Source of the DNA: Armatimonadota bacterium
Lineage (GTDB): Bacteria; Armatimonadota; SYMT01
Length of the DNA stretch: 64,000 bases
Assembly (NCBI GenBank): GCA_041690135.1
Contig: JAWLHY010000004.1
Location: 256,001 to 320,000, forward strand
Reading direction: 5' to 3'
Shown: one piece after another, positions 27,483-37,667 of the stretch
Numbering within the stretch: the stretch's first letter is position 1
Layout: each line of letters starts with the position of its first letter
Position numbers and translations under genes: made by a program
The notes under the pieces: model-generated
Told to the model about the DNA's origin: nothing
The model's input: only the letters and a program-made list of their open reading frames with translations
Databases searched by the model: none

Positions 27483-28924
27483 ACCGACGCGCCGTACTCC
27501 GCGGGGCGGGCGCCGCCGTGGCGCTCCCCTTCCTGGAGTCGCTGATCCCCGCCATGGCGCGGGCGCAGGGAATGCCCGTGCCCCGCGAGGTCCAGCCGCC
27601 CCGGCGGCTGGGGATCGTCACGGTTACCGGCGGCACGGTGATCGAGTCGTGGCGCGCCCCGGAAGAGGGCCCCCTCACGCGTCTCCCTTCCATCCTGCGC
27701 CCGCTGGAGTTCGCCCGCGACGACATGCTCCTGCTCTCCGGCCTCTCGCAGTCCGGCCGCAGCGAGAACCTGAACGCGCACGAGCACTGCGCCTACCTCC
27801 ACCTCACCTGCGCCGACCAGGTCCGGAAAGAGGCCGGGAAACCCATCGCGGCGATCTCCGTGGACCAGCTTGCCGCGCGGGCGGTCGGCGGGAATACCCT
27901 CTTTCCCTCGCTGGAGTTCGGCCTCAGCAACCACGAAACGAAGTACTCCTTCCGGGCGCCGGAGGAACCGGTCCCCTACGAGCCGAACCCGCGGCTCGTT
28001 TTCGAGCGGATGTTCCGGGGCCGCACCCCCGTCGCCCCAAACTGGGCGCGGCGCGCGGCGGCCCGCGGTGAGGCGGTCCGGAAGACGGCCACGACGGGTT
28101 CCTACGACCGGAGCGTGATCGACCTGGTGCTGGAAGAGGCGAAGGACCTGCGCGGAAGACTGGGCCGCGGCGACCAGGAGAAGCTGGAGGAATACCTCCA
28201 CTCCGTGCGTTCGGTGGAGCAGCGGCTCTCTTTCCTCGAGGCGAAGCTGGCGGAGGAGTTGCGGGACCTGGCCGACCCCGGCCCCTCGAAGATCGTCCTG
28301 CCGGCGAACCTGCCGCCGGCGGGCTTGCCGTTCCACAAGCTGGACGGCGAAATTCACCGGGACCCGGAGAAGCACGAGGAGTACATCCGCCTGATGTCCG
28401 ACCTGCTGGTGCTGGCCTTCCAGACCGACACCACGCGGGTGGCCACCCTGGCGATCGGCAGCGACGGCGCCTATTTCCCCGGCGTGGTGACCGTGGGCTA
28501 CGAACGCCACTGCCACACCCTGGAGCACCAGGGCAACGCCGCGCGCGTGGACCAGGCCGACCCCATCGCACGAGAGGCCTGTCGCCAGATCCACGCCTGG
28601 TACACCGCCCTGTTCGCGGAGATGGTCCGCAAGATGAAAGCGATCGACGAGGGCGGCTCTTCCCTGTTGGACAACACCCTGCTCCTCTACACCTCCTACA
28701 TGGCGGACGGGGGCCACGGCCGGAATGATTACCCGATCCTGCTGCTGGGGAAGGGCGGAGGCACGCTCAAGCCGGGCCGCCAGATCAACTACCAGCCGAA
28801 GACGCCGGTCGCCAACCTGTATGTGGAGCTTCTGGACCGGATGGGCGTGAAGGTCGACCAGTTCGGCGACAGCAAAAGCTCGAAGCACGCCGCCTACAAC
28901 GGCCGGTTGCCGGGGCTGGTGTAG
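27479..28924 (+). CDS. DUF1552 domain protein
   Basis: RRAVLRGAGAAVALPFLESL, ISVDQ, NPRLVFERMF, LAFQTDTTRV; ATGA-coupled to the DUF1592 gene. Confidence 0.92.
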   Translation: MNRRAVLRGAGAAVALPFLESLIPAMARAQGMPVPREVQPPRRLGIVTVTGGTVIESWRAPEEGPLTRLPSILRPLEFARDDMLLLSGLSQSGRSENLNAHEHCAYLHLTCADQVRKEAGKPIAAISVDQLAARAVGGNTLFPSLEFGLSNHETKYSFRAPEEPVPYEPNPRLVFERMFRGRTPVAPNWARRAAARGEAVRKTATTGSYDRSVIDLVLEEAKDLRGRLGRGDQEKLEEYLHSVRSVEQRLSFLEAKLAEELRDLADPGPSKIVLPANLPPAGLPFHKLDGEIHRDPEKHEEYIRLMSDLLVLAFQTDTTRVATLAIGSDGAYFPGVVTVGYERHCHTLEHQGNAARVDQADPIAREACRQIHAWYTALFAEMVRKMKAIDEGGSSLLDNTLLLYTSYMADGGHGRNDYPILLLGKGGGTLKPGRQINYQPKTPVANLYVELLDRMGVKVDQFGDSKSSKHAAYNGRLPGLV

Positions 28925-28927
28925 CCC

Positions 28928-29857
28928 ATGGCGGAAGGTCCGGGCGAGGGGAAGAACGGCGCCGGGCTGTTCGTGGCGGCGGGACACAACGGGCTGCGCC
29001 TGGTCTCCCGCGACGGGGTGAAGTGGGAAGGCCAGCAGCTCGGCCGGGAGGGCGAGACCTTCCAGAACGTCTGCTTCGGCGGGGGGCGCTGCGTGGTAGC
29101 CGGTCGCTTTGGGGGCAGCAACCTCTTTGTCGTGACCACCAACGGCCAGGAGTGGAAAAGCTTCACCCGCGACGCCCGTTACTCCCGCTACGTGCTGGGC
29201 ATGTGCTACGGCCAGGAGGAATTCCTCGCGCTCGGCGGAGATCCCGGAGCGGTCGGCGCCTCGAAGCCGTTCGTTCTCACGGCGCGTGATGGGGAAGCCT
29301 GGAGCGAGAACCGGGAGATTGGCGGCAATGAGGTGCTCCGGCGCGCGGTCCGGGGGCGCGAGCGTTTCGTGGCCGCCGGAGACCGCGGCCGGCGGGCAAC
29401 CTCCGCGAATGGCCGGACGTGGGAGGACGTGCCCGGCACCCGCGCCGCGGATACCCTGATCGACCTCGCCTATGGCAACGGCGTCTTCGTGGGCGTCGGG
29501 CTCCACGGCCTCCGAATGACGAGCCCCGATGGCGTCACCTGGAACCAGCGGTTCACCGGCGAGGAAGGCGAACACCTGAACTCCATCCTCTGGGACGGCG
29601 CCCGCTTCGTTGCGGTCGGCCTGGGAGCGACCTACTTCTCGCCCGACGGGGTCGCCTGGGAGCGCCGCCCGAACCGGAACGCCCCCCTCACCGCCTGCCA
29701 CGGAAACGGCATCTTCGTGGGCGCCGCCTGGAAGGGCCGCCTCCTCCGCTCCCCGGACGCCGTCAATTGGGAGCCCGTCCACCGCGCCGAGCACCACGTC
29801 GAAGCTGTGGGGTTCGGAACCCTGGGAGAGGATAAGGATAAAGAAGAACGCGGATAA
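28928..29857 (+). CDS. BNR/Asp-box beta-propeller repeat protein
   Basis: Repeated SxDGxxW and YGNGxFVxVG units. Confidence 0.8.
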   Translation: MAEGPGEGKNGAGLFVAAGHNGLRLVSRDGVKWEGQQLGREGETFQNVCFGGGRCVVAGRFGGSNLFVVTTNGQEWKSFTRDARYSRYVLGMCYGQEEFLALGGDPGAVGASKPFVLTARDGEAWSENREIGGNEVLRRAVRGRERFVAAGDRGRRATSANGRTWEDVPGTRAADTLIDLAYGNGVFVGVGLHGLRMTSPDGVTWNQRFTGEEGEHLNSILWDGARFVAVGLGATYFSPDGVAWERRPNRNAPLTACHGNGIFVGAAWKGRLLRSPDAVNWEPVHRAEHHVEAVGFGTLGEDKDKEERG

Positions 29858-30057
29858 AGAAAAAGACCCAAGATCGGCTGCAGTTGGACTGCAGCCGAAA
29901 CACTTCGTGCGCAGTTGCACTGCGCCCCCCCGACCCGGTGCCAGCATTGGCGATCCTGGTAATCCGGGGCTACAGCGATTTCAGGGCTTCAGCAGGCAAC
30001 CCGTCACCGCCTTGGGGCTACCCGCCGTATGCCTGCCCGTAAGCGAGTTTACTTCGC

Positions 30058-31203
30058 ATGCTGGAATCTTACCGCCAACTCCTGGATCGCCTGCGCCCCG
30101 ACCAGAATGCGTGGGCCGAAGTTGCCTTTGCGCCGACCGGCGAGGATGAGGACTGGGAGGATCTCCATGCACGCAGCCGCTACGGAGCGCTGCTCTGTCT
30201 CCAGTACGACCGTCGCGAGACGGATCAGGACCTCATCCGCTACCTCTGCGAGCAGGAGGTGGTCGCGGCGGAAGAGTCTCCCTGGTCAGGGCTCACCCAC
30301 GCGCTAACGCTCGGCGTCTTCCTGCTGGCGCGCTTCCGGGACCCGGCAGATCTTCCGGGCCTCTGGCGGGCGAAACGGGCGAACTTTGATACCTGGCTGG
30401 GCCTCGACCACCGGTATCTCCTGGTGGCCGGCCTGGACGACTGGAACCGTTTCCACGATCAGCTTTCGCCGGAAGAGCAAGAAGCCTTCCACACGCTGGC
30501 CGCACACCTCCCTGCCAGCACTCCGGAGAAGCTCGCCGGGTGGTGGGCGAGCCAGGAACGGGCATTTCCGGACCACGAAGCCGGTGAGGACCCAATGGCC
30601 CTGGTGGAGCGCGCGCTGGACCTGGGTGACCCGGCAGCCGGGCAAGAATGGCTGGATCGCTGGGAAGACCAGCGAGAGTTGAGCGAGGCCGATCTCCACA
30701 CCCTGCGCTACTACCGGGAGCAACTGGGACAGCCCGAACGGGCCCTCGACTGCGCACACCGGCTGGTCGAGATCCATCGGAACGAACCCTGTCTGGAGGT
30801 GTCCAGCCGCCGCGAGGCGGCCCATCTGCTAATCACCCTGGAGCGCTGGGCCGAAGCCGGGACTGAGCTGGAAGTAGCCCGCGAACGGCTGTTGCAGATC
30901 CCGGACGCCCTGGAAACCGGACTCTCCCGCTCCACGGTCGAGACCATGTTCGAACTGACCACGACGACGGAGTGCCCCCTCGACCTGCGCCGCCGGATGC
31001 TGGACCTGGCCGGGGAGCTGCTCGCGGCCGGCGTGCGGCCTTCCCTGGTGCTGCTGGAGAAGGCGGTCGCGGCCGCGGAGAGCCTGGGTGAGGAAACGCT
31101 CTCCGGAACTTATCGGCGGCTCTGCGACGAGGAGAGTGTCCGCATTGAAGCTGCGCTGAAAGCGGCGACCAGTTCCCGTGACCCGCACCGCACAGGTACT
31201 TGA
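30058..31203 (+). CDS. Hypothetical protein with TPR-like helical C-terminus
   Basis: 381-aa ORF, LWRAKRANFDTW motif, helical repeats. Confidence 0.7.
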   Translation: MLESYRQLLDRLRPDQNAWAEVAFAPTGEDEDWEDLHARSRYGALLCLQYDRRETDQDLIRYLCEQEVVAAEESPWSGLTHALTLGVFLLARFRDPADLPGLWRAKRANFDTWLGLDHRYLLVAGLDDWNRFHDQLSPEEQEAFHTLAAHLPASTPEKLAGWWASQERAFPDHEAGEDPMALVERALDLGDPAAGQEWLDRWEDQRELSEADLHTLRYYREQLGQPERALDCAHRLVEIHRNEPCLEVSSRREAAHLLITLERWAEAGTELEVARERLLQIPDALETGLSRSTVETMFELTTTTECPLDLRRRMLDLAGELLAAGVRPSLVLLEKAVAAAESLGEETLSGTYRRLCDEESVRIEAALKAATSSRDPHRTGT

Positions 31204-31266
31204 GCCTCGTATGCACCAAGGCGGAGTGGACACTTGAGAGCCCCAAAGTGACACCGGGTATTCATC

Positions 31267-31356
31267 AGCCCCGGAGGGGCGTTAGACAATAGCCGGGTGG
31301 CGTCAGCCCCCGGTAATCCCAGGCCTCACAATCCAAGCCCCGGAGGGGCGGCAGAG
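31267..31356. repeat. REP-like repeat family A, copy 3
   Basis: AGCCCCGGAGGGGCG..TAGCCGGGTGGCGTCAGCCCCCGG..AGCCCCGGAGGGGCGGCAGA. Confidence 0.8.
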
Positions 31357-31623
31357 AAAAGGCGCTGAAAGGTGCTGGTTTGCCACCTCCCCGGCCACAA
31401 ACACTGGCCCACCATTCGCCGGAAGAGGGGCTCCGGAACCTGGGTTGATGAACAATACGGGATTCCAAGCCCGCCATCGCGAATTGCCGGACTATCGTCC
31501 GGACTCCCACCGTTCTCAACACCTCGTTGGCTGGGCAGTGCCGGTAGCTGCCACTCAGATCGCCAAATCGGAATGGCCTCTGACCTTGCACCCGCGAAAG
31601 TAGGGCAGGCTCTCCGATGCCTG

Positions 31624-31731
31624 CCTCGCGCTGGATCCGCACCCGTCACGCCGGGTGGGCAGGGTTGACGTGATCCGGGTAGCAAGGGCGTAACCCCTCG
31701 CGCTGGATCCGTACCCGTATTGCCGGGTGGC
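31624..31731. repeat. Direct repeat, 72-bp period
   Basis: CCTCGCGCTGGATCCG(C/T)ACCCGT..GCCGGGTGG at 31624 and 31696. Confidence 0.75.
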
Positions 31732-31762
31732 CCCCCGCTTCCACCTATGGGACCCGGACCCG

Positions 31763-33136
31763 CTACGGCTTGTAGTTCGGGTTGGGGATGGGTGATTGGG
31801 CTCCCACCTCCCGGCGCCACTGGTCGAGGCGGCGGTGGAACTCCCGAACCTTTTCCGGGCGCTCGGAGGCGAGATTCCGCTTCTCTCCGGGGTCGTTTTT
31901 CAGGTCGTAGAGCTCCAGGCGCCCATCTTCGTAGAACTCCAGCAGCTTATAGTCGCCGTCCCGGATGGCGCTGTAAGGGGTAGCGCCGCCGGGGTGATAG
32001 TGCGGGTAGTGCCAGTAGAGCGGGCGGGGCGATGGCCGGCCCTGGCCCCGGAGCACCGGCAGCAGGCTTATACCGTCGAGCACCTGGCCCGGCTCCTTCT
32101 TGACCCCGGCGGCCTCGATCAGCGTCGGGTAGAGATCCACGGTGATGGCGGGCGTGTCGGTGGTGCGGCCGGCGCGAATCTTGCCCGGCCACCGGACGAT
32201 GAGCGGCACGCGGACGCCCCCCTCGTAGGTGGAGCCCTTGCCGGCGCGCATCCCCAGGTTGGTGGTGCTCCGGAGCAGGCCGCCGTTGTCTGAGGTAAAG
32301 ACGACCACCGTGTTCTCGGCAAGGCCCAACTCATCCAGTGCCCGCATGATCCGTCCCATGCTGTCGTCAACGCTCTCAACGAGGGCGGCGTAGGTGGGGT
32401 TGGACTGCGGGTCGCCCGGCTGTACCTTCGCGCGGTACTTTTCGATGACTTCCTTCTTCCCCATCAGCGGGGTGTGCACGGCATAGTGCGGCAGGTAGAG
32501 GAAGAACGGCCGCTCCCGGTTCTCCCGCATAAAGCACACCGCCTCCTCGCCCTCGCGGTCCGTCAGGAACTCTCCCGCGGGACCGTCCGCCAGCGTCGGA
32601 ATGCGGTAGGGGGAAAAGTAGCTGGGAGGCTGGCCGCGGTCGTATCCGCCCACGTTCCGGTCGAAGCCGTGCCGGTCGGGATGATACTCCGGGCCCCCCA
32701 GGTGCCACTTGCCGATGCTGGCCGTGGCATACCCCGCCGACTTGAGCGCCTCCGCCAGGGTGCGTTCCTCGTGCGCCAGGTACATCGTCCAGTCCGGCGG
32801 GCTTAGCCGGGCGTTCGGGCGCTTATGCCCGGGGATCCAGTCGGTCACGTGGAGGCGGGCGGGGTACTTGCCCGTCAGCAGCGCGGCTCGCGTCGGCGAA
32901 CAAACGGTGCACGCGGAGTAAGACCGCGTGAAGCGGAGCCCCTCCTTTGCCAGGCGGTCGATGTTCGGGGTTTCGTAGAACCGGCTGCCGTAACAGCCCA
33001 GGTCCGTCCCGCCGAGGTCGTCGACCAGCACCACCACGAAGTTGGGCGGACGCTGGGCGCCCGTCACGGGGCGCGAGGCCAGCACCCCCGCCAGAAAGAG
33101 GGCGGAGACGAGAAGAGTGGAGAGCGCGCGAGTCAT
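31763..33136 (-). CDS. Secreted sulfatase
   Basis: PNFVVVLVDDLG, VCSPTR, GKWHLG, FTSDNGG. Confidence 0.93.
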   Translation of the reverse strand: MTRALSTLLVSALFLAGVLASRPVTGAQRPPNFVVVLVDDLGGTDLGCYGSRFYETPNIDRLAKEGLRFTRSYSACTVCSPTRAALLTGKYPARLHVTDWIPGHKRPNARLSPPDWTMYLAHEERTLAEALKSAGYATASIGKWHLGGPEYHPDRHGFDRNVGGYDRGQPPSYFSPYRIPTLADGPAGEFLTDREGEEAVCFMRENRERPFFLYLPHYAVHTPLMGKKEVIEKYRAKVQPGDPQSNPTYAALVESVDDSMGRIMRALDELGLAENTVVVFTSDNGGLLRSTTNLGMRAGKGSTYEGGVRVPLIVRWPGKIRAGRTTDTPAITVDLYPTLIEAAGVKKEPGQVLDGISLLPVLRGQGRPSPRPLYWHYPHYHPGGATPYSAIRDGDYKLLEFYEDGRLELYDLKNDPGEKRNLASERPEKVREFHRRLDQWRREVGAQSPIPNPNYKP

Positions 33137-33281
33137 GGCAGCTTGGTCTCGGGGCAGGATAACAATTCAGAAGCCTTCGAAGAATACCGGCTACGTGGTT
33201 CCCAGCCGACGCAGGTCGGCTTCGCCGTGTGTAGCCGCGAGTTCACTCGCCCAACTGTAGCGGTTATCGTGTGGTAGTCCT

Positions 33282-35498
33282 CTATTGGGCCGGGAGATCC
33301 GGCGGCATCCACGGCGGCAGCGCGGCGACCGAAGCCCGCACCTCCGCACTCGTTGGGACGCCCCACGCCTGGAAGAAAGGCCCCAGGTTGCGGCCGACCC
33401 GGCGGGAGAAGCGGACCAGCCACTGGTCGCGCTTCTCGGCATCGGTGCGCGGGCGTTCCCCCCGTGGGAGCGACCGGTACTCGTGGAACACCTCGCGGAA
33501 CGGGGTCCAGCCGAACCCGTCGATCAACTGGATGTACATCGCCAGGGCCAGGAACGGGTCCTTCTTCCAGTCCTCGAAGCGTGACCCCGCGGCGAAGTAC
33601 TTCCGCACCCGCTCGGTACGCGCGTTCCGGTCCCGGATCGCCGGGTGACCCCCGTCGAACCGGAGGCCAAGCACCTCGGGATAGACGTGCATCGCCAGGA
33701 TGTTGTTCGTCACTTCTCCCGTCCCGTCGAAGGTCCAGTCCGGGCTCTGCAGGTTGTGTCCCAGTTCGTGGAAGTGCCCCCAGGAACCTTCCGCCCGCAG
33801 CCGCCGCTCGTCCATTGCCAGAACGGCGCTGTCATCGATCGGCACCATGATCGGATAGCCGGAATGCATGTAGCCGGCGGAAATCTGGCGGTCGGCCACG
33901 ATCCGCTCCGGCCGGCGGCGGTCCGTACGGCCCACCAGGGCTTCCTGCGCCGAAACAGCCCGGTCCCAGAGCCGCATCAGAGAGTCGGGATGCTCGAGCG
34001 TCCGGATGAGACTACTCGGCACGGTGAAGATCACCCGCTCTCCGGCCAGTTCGGCCCAGGGTGCGGGATGCTGTCTCACCGTCCGTCGCCACTCCGCCGG
34101 GTCCGTTTTCCCCAGGCGGAAGTAGGGAGCTTCCACTGCACCTTCGAGAGTCACTTCGATCTCGCCCGTCCCGCCCCGCTCCGGCACGACCACGTAGAGC
34201 ATCCCGCCGAACGCGCTGCCCACTTCCGTGACCTCGCCAGTCAACGGAGTAGTGCGCGTGAGGGCGGGCACCCGCTTCCAGGCGGCCAGGTGCCAGAGCT
34301 CGTCCGAGTGGCAGCCGATCCGCACGGAAAGCCCCCGGCGCGCGGCCTCCGCGGGAATCCGGATGCTTACCCCGTCGCCCGCCGCCGCGTAGAGGCCGGT
34401 GCTGTGCCATCCGGGCACGGAAAGGTCGATCCGGACCCGGCGGGTGACCCGCGGCGCTCCGGCCGGCACGGCCCCGGGAAAGTCCGCCGCGGCGGGGTGA
34501 GCTTCCCCCTTCGCGAACGGCCCCTGGAGCCCCCGTTCCACGTCCAGCGCCAGGGCCAGGCGCCCCAGGCCGTCCCGGAGCGAGACGGGTCGCTTCTCCG
34601 TCGGAATGAGGGCGTTCCCCGCCGCCGCGCGGAGCTTGCGGACCTGCGCCGCCAGCAGCGGATCGTTCTCCGGCGCACAGCGCACCGCCAGCAAGCCGCT
34701 GCTCACCGCCTGTGCGGTCTCCTCTACGCCCAGGGCCTTCCGCGAAAGCAGCGCTTCCATCGCCGCGCCGCTGTGGACCAGGGCGGAAACCGGTGCCGTC
34801 GTATCGAAGCCCTCGGGAGAGGTCCGCTCCAGGGTGCCGGGAGTCCAGGCCAGGCCCGCTCCGGCGGCCAGCTGGGTGCCCGGGTGCTCCCGGATCGGCT
34901 TCCGCGTGATCTGCGCCCAACCCCACCCGGTGCTCGCCGCCACGACCCCGCCCCCCGCTTCCACGAAGCGCCGGATGACCGGGATCGAGGCGGGCGTGAG
35001 GGCGCCGTGCGTTACCACCAGCACCTCCGCCTGGCCGGGCAGCGCGCCGGCTTCCAATTCCAGCACCGGGAGCCCGGCGCCTTTCAGGTGGTCCCGCAGG
35101 TCCGGCAGGCGAACCACGCCCACCCGCGGCGCCGCGGCATCGCCGGCTGCCCACCGGACCGCGTTCTCCAGGAAACGGCCGGTCTCTCCCACCTGCAGGG
35201 CATCGCGCCCGAAGATGCCGTCGTGCCCGAACGCGACGATCCGGCCCTTCCCCAGGAAGGAAGCCACCCCGAACGGCGCCTGCCCGCTCCGGCCCTCACG
35301 GCCGGCCACCACCACGAAACTGCGCTCGCCGTAGGCCGCCACACTCCCCGGCACCCCCGGCGCGGCAATCCGCCGGACGCCTGTCAGCAGCCTGGCCCGG
35401 TGGTCTCCGGCCTCATCCGCGGTGCCTCCACGCCCACCGACAACGCAGCCGACCGCCAGGGTCAGCAAGAATGATGGTAGGAACCGCCGTCTCTCCAT
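33282..35498 (-). CDS. M60-like (enhancin/TCAF-type) metallopeptidase, secreted
   Basis: WHSTGLYA, PWAEL, GYMHSGYP, WGHFHELGHN..GEVTNN; signal peptide. Confidence 0.88.
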   Translation of the reverse strand: MERRRFLPSFLLTLAVGCVVGGRGGTADEAGDHRARLLTGVRRIAAPGVPGSVAAYGERSFVVVAGREGRSGQAPFGVASFLGKGRIVAFGHDGIFGRDALQVGETGRFLENAVRWAAGDAAAPRVGVVRLPDLRDHLKGAGLPVLELEAGALPGQAEVLVVTHGALTPASIPVIRRFVEAGGGVVAASTGWGWAQITRKPIREHPGTQLAAGAGLAWTPGTLERTSPEGFDTTAPVSALVHSGAAMEALLSRKALGVEETAQAVSSGLLAVRCAPENDPLLAAQVRKLRAAAGNALIPTEKRPVSLRDGLGRLALALDVERGLQGPFAKGEAHPAAADFPGAVPAGAPRVTRRVRIDLSVPGWHSTGLYAAAGDGVSIRIPAEAARRGLSVRIGCHSDELWHLAAWKRVPALTRTTPLTGEVTEVGSAFGGMLYVVVPERGGTGEIEVTLEGAVEAPYFRLGKTDPAEWRRTVRQHPAPWAELAGERVIFTVPSSLIRTLEHPDSLMRLWDRAVSAQEALVGRTDRRRPERIVADRQISAGYMHSGYPIMVPIDDSAVLAMDERRLRAEGSWGHFHELGHNLQSPDWTFDGTGEVTNNILAMHVYPEVLGLRFDGGHPAIRDRNARTERVRKYFAAGSRFEDWKKDPFLALAMYIQLIDGFGWTPFREVFHEYRSLPRGERPRTDAEKRDQWLVRFSRRVGRNLGPFFQAWGVPTSAEVRASVAALPPWMPPDLPAQ

Positions 35499-35653
35499 GC
35501 CCTCCGCTCCTCGATACCGGATGGGTGGGCATCCTCTCTGTCCCAGCCACTCCGCTGCTCCACGCTGAGGGTGTATCACCAAACGTTCGGTCCTGAAGGC
35601 AGATTGAAGGTCGCCGCCTGGCATAGGGCCGGAAGAGGAGGGCGTTCCAACAT

Positions 35654-35692
35654 AAAAGGGATGGGGCATGCCTCTCGAGCATGCCCCATCCC
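35654..35692 (-). terminator. Intrinsic terminator
   Basis: 14-bp perfect stem GGGATGGGGCATGC/GCATGCCCCATCCC, followed by TTTT on the minus strand. Confidence 0.8.
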
Positions 35693-35743
35693 CTGGTTAC
35701 CTCGGCAGTCCGGGTGCCCCGCCAGGGAACTCCCGTCGAAGCC

Positions 35744-36451
35744 TTAAAGGTCGCCGTCCGCCGTGCTGGTGCCGGGCAGATGGTAGACCGTGTGGAAGTG
35801 GTAGTTCTGGCTCGGCACCTGGGGTTTCAGTGCCTTGACGTGGCCATCCATGAACGCGACGTTGTGCGTTTCACTGTGGCGCACCTGCGGACTACCGATC
35901 CCATTAGTGGTGACGCCTCCGCAGCACTGCAGCGTCGGAGAGTTGCACCCCTGCCGGATGTAGTGCGTGTTGATTTCCAAAACCATTGCCGTGCTGGCGG
36001 GAGCGTCGAACGCCGCCAGCCCCTGCCCATAGGCGAACTGGTTGAGACCATAGTTGGAGCGGTAGTGGTTGCCCGCGGAGTAACCACAGGCGTTGGCCGC
36101 CGGCACTCGGACGCTAGGACAGTAGGCAACCTGTGCATTCTTGAGATAGGGCTCGACCTGTACGTTCCAGTAGACCACCTTGGGCGTACCATCCGGCCAG
36201 ACGCCCTGGGCGTTGGCCACGGCGTGCACGCCCGTAGTCACACAACCGCTTGAGTGGGGCATGGCTTCATCATAGTCCTGGACGTACATCAACAGGCCCG
36301 TGCTGAGCTGCTTCAGGTTCGACCGGCAGGAACTGGCGCGCGCGGCCTCACGTGCACGAGCGAAGACGGGGAACAGGATGGCGGCGAGGATGGCGATAAT
36401 AGCAATAACGACGAGTAATTCGATCAGGGTAAAGCCGTTGCGGCGTCGCAT
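35744..36451 (-). CDS. DUF1559 prepilin-type N-terminal cleavage/methylation protein with H-X9-DG motif
   Basis: [45 protein letters not shown]. Confidence 0.93.
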   Translation of the reverse strand: MRRRNGFTLIELLVVIAIIAILAAILFPVFARAREAARASSCRSNLKQLSTGLLMYVQDYDEAMPHSSGCVTTGVHAVANAQGVWPDGTPKVVYWNVQVEPYLKNAQVAYCPSVRVPAANACGYSAGNHYRSNYGLNQFAYGQGLAAFDAPASTAMVLEINTHYIRQGCNSPTLQCCGGVTTNGIGSPQVRHSETHNVAFMDGHVKALKPQVPSQNYHFHTVYHLPGTSTADGDL

Positions 36452-36642
36452 AGATGGACTGACTCCTCAAACTCCGGGGATCCACTCAGACCGAATCCCG
36501 GCCTGACACAGACGAAACAGTATGTACGGCACACCTGGAGAACGAATTATAATTTTTGGTTGAGTAATGCCAGCGATCATGAATGGACTAGATAGTTGCT
36601 GCGCGCCCAATTGCCGATCTGATTGCCTGCCTAAGAGGCAGA

Positions 36643-36681
36643 TAATAAGAAGGGGGCCGCGCGATAGCGCAGCCCCCTTCT
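36643..36681 (-). terminator. Intrinsic terminator
   Basis: AGAAGGGGGCCGCGC-GATA-GCGCAGCCCCCTTCT stem with T-rich tail on minus. Confidence 0.7.
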
Positions 36682-36703
36682 GCTAGCAGCGAGGAACTCA
36701 GAA

Positions 36704-37411
36704 CTAGAGGTCGCCGTCGGGACCGCCCGTGCCGGCCGGATGGTAACGGGTGTGGAAGTGGTAGTTGGGACCGGCAATCTGGGTCTTCAGGGCCTTGACG
36801 TGTCCGTCCATGAACGCCACGTTGTGGGTCTCGCTATGGCGGACTTGAGGCGAGTAGATCCCATTGACCATCGTCCCCGCACAACACTGCTGCGCCGGAT
36901 TATTGCAGAGCTGTCGCGTGTAGTGCTGGTTACCTTCCACCAGCATGGCGGTGCTGGCCGGAGTGTCGAACGCGGCCAGCGACTGCCCGTAGGCATACTG
37001 GTTTACGCTGTAGTTGCTGCGGTAGGCTCCGGCGACGGTCTGCCCGCAAGTGCTATTCGCCGGCTGACGCACGCTGGGGCAGTAGGCCACCTGGGTGTTC
37101 TTGATATAGGGTTCGACCTGAACATTCCAGTAAACGATCTTGGCGGATCCATCCGGCCACGTGCCCTGCGCTCGTGCGGGGTCGTGGAGGCCCGTGGCCA
37201 CGCAGCCACTCGTATGGACCATCGTTTCGTCGTAGTCCTGGATGTACATCAGGATTCCCGTGCTTAGCTGCTTCAGGTTCGAGCGACAGGAACTGGCGCG
37301 CGCGGCCTCGCGGGCCCGGGCGAAGACCGGGAAGAGAATGGCGGCCAGGATGGCGATAATGGCGATCACGACGAGTAATTCGATCAGGGTAAAGCCGTGG
37401 CGGCGTCGCAT
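36704..37411 (-). CDS. DUF1559 prepilin-type protein, tandem paralog
   Basis: Same motifs and length as 35744-36451; GAGGAG RBS. Confidence 0.93.
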   Translation of the reverse strand: MRRRHGFTLIELLVVIAIIAILAAILFPVFARAREAARASSCRSNLKQLSTGILMYIQDYDETMVHTSGCVATGLHDPARAQGTWPDGSAKIVYWNVQVEPYIKNTQVAYCPSVRQPANSTCGQTVAGAYRSNYSVNQYAYGQSLAAFDTPASTAMLVEGNQHYTRQLCNNPAQQCCAGTMVNGIYSPQVRHSETHNVAFMDGHVKALKTQIAGPNYHFHTRYHPAGTGGPDGDL

Positions 37412-37606
37412 AGGGGGACAATCTCCTCTAAACACCGGGGCATCAACATTGAACCCGACCCCGGCCTCATGCAGATGGGACAATATTTGCGATTAAGCCT
37501 CCTTTAAGAGTGGTTTTATGGGTTGAGTTATAGTTGGCTCATTACCGTATAAGGATAGCCGGTTTGCGGTCGTCACCCAACAATGACCGTCAGCCGGCAA
37601 CCAGAG

Positions 37607-37644
37607 CGAAAACCGGACAGCGCGGTCGTGCGGTCCGGTTTTCG
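37607..37644. terminator. Hairpin, probable terminator after the sulfatase
   Basis: CGAAAACCGGAC..GTCCGGTTTTCG. Confidence 0.6.
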
Positions 37645-37667
37645 TGAAGGATGACTGCTACCCCAAT

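Noticed and set aside
35744-37411. Possible DGR template/variable repeat pair served by the RT
   Set aside because: Both copies are full ORFs, differences are not adenine-specific, and the RT lacks DGR size and features
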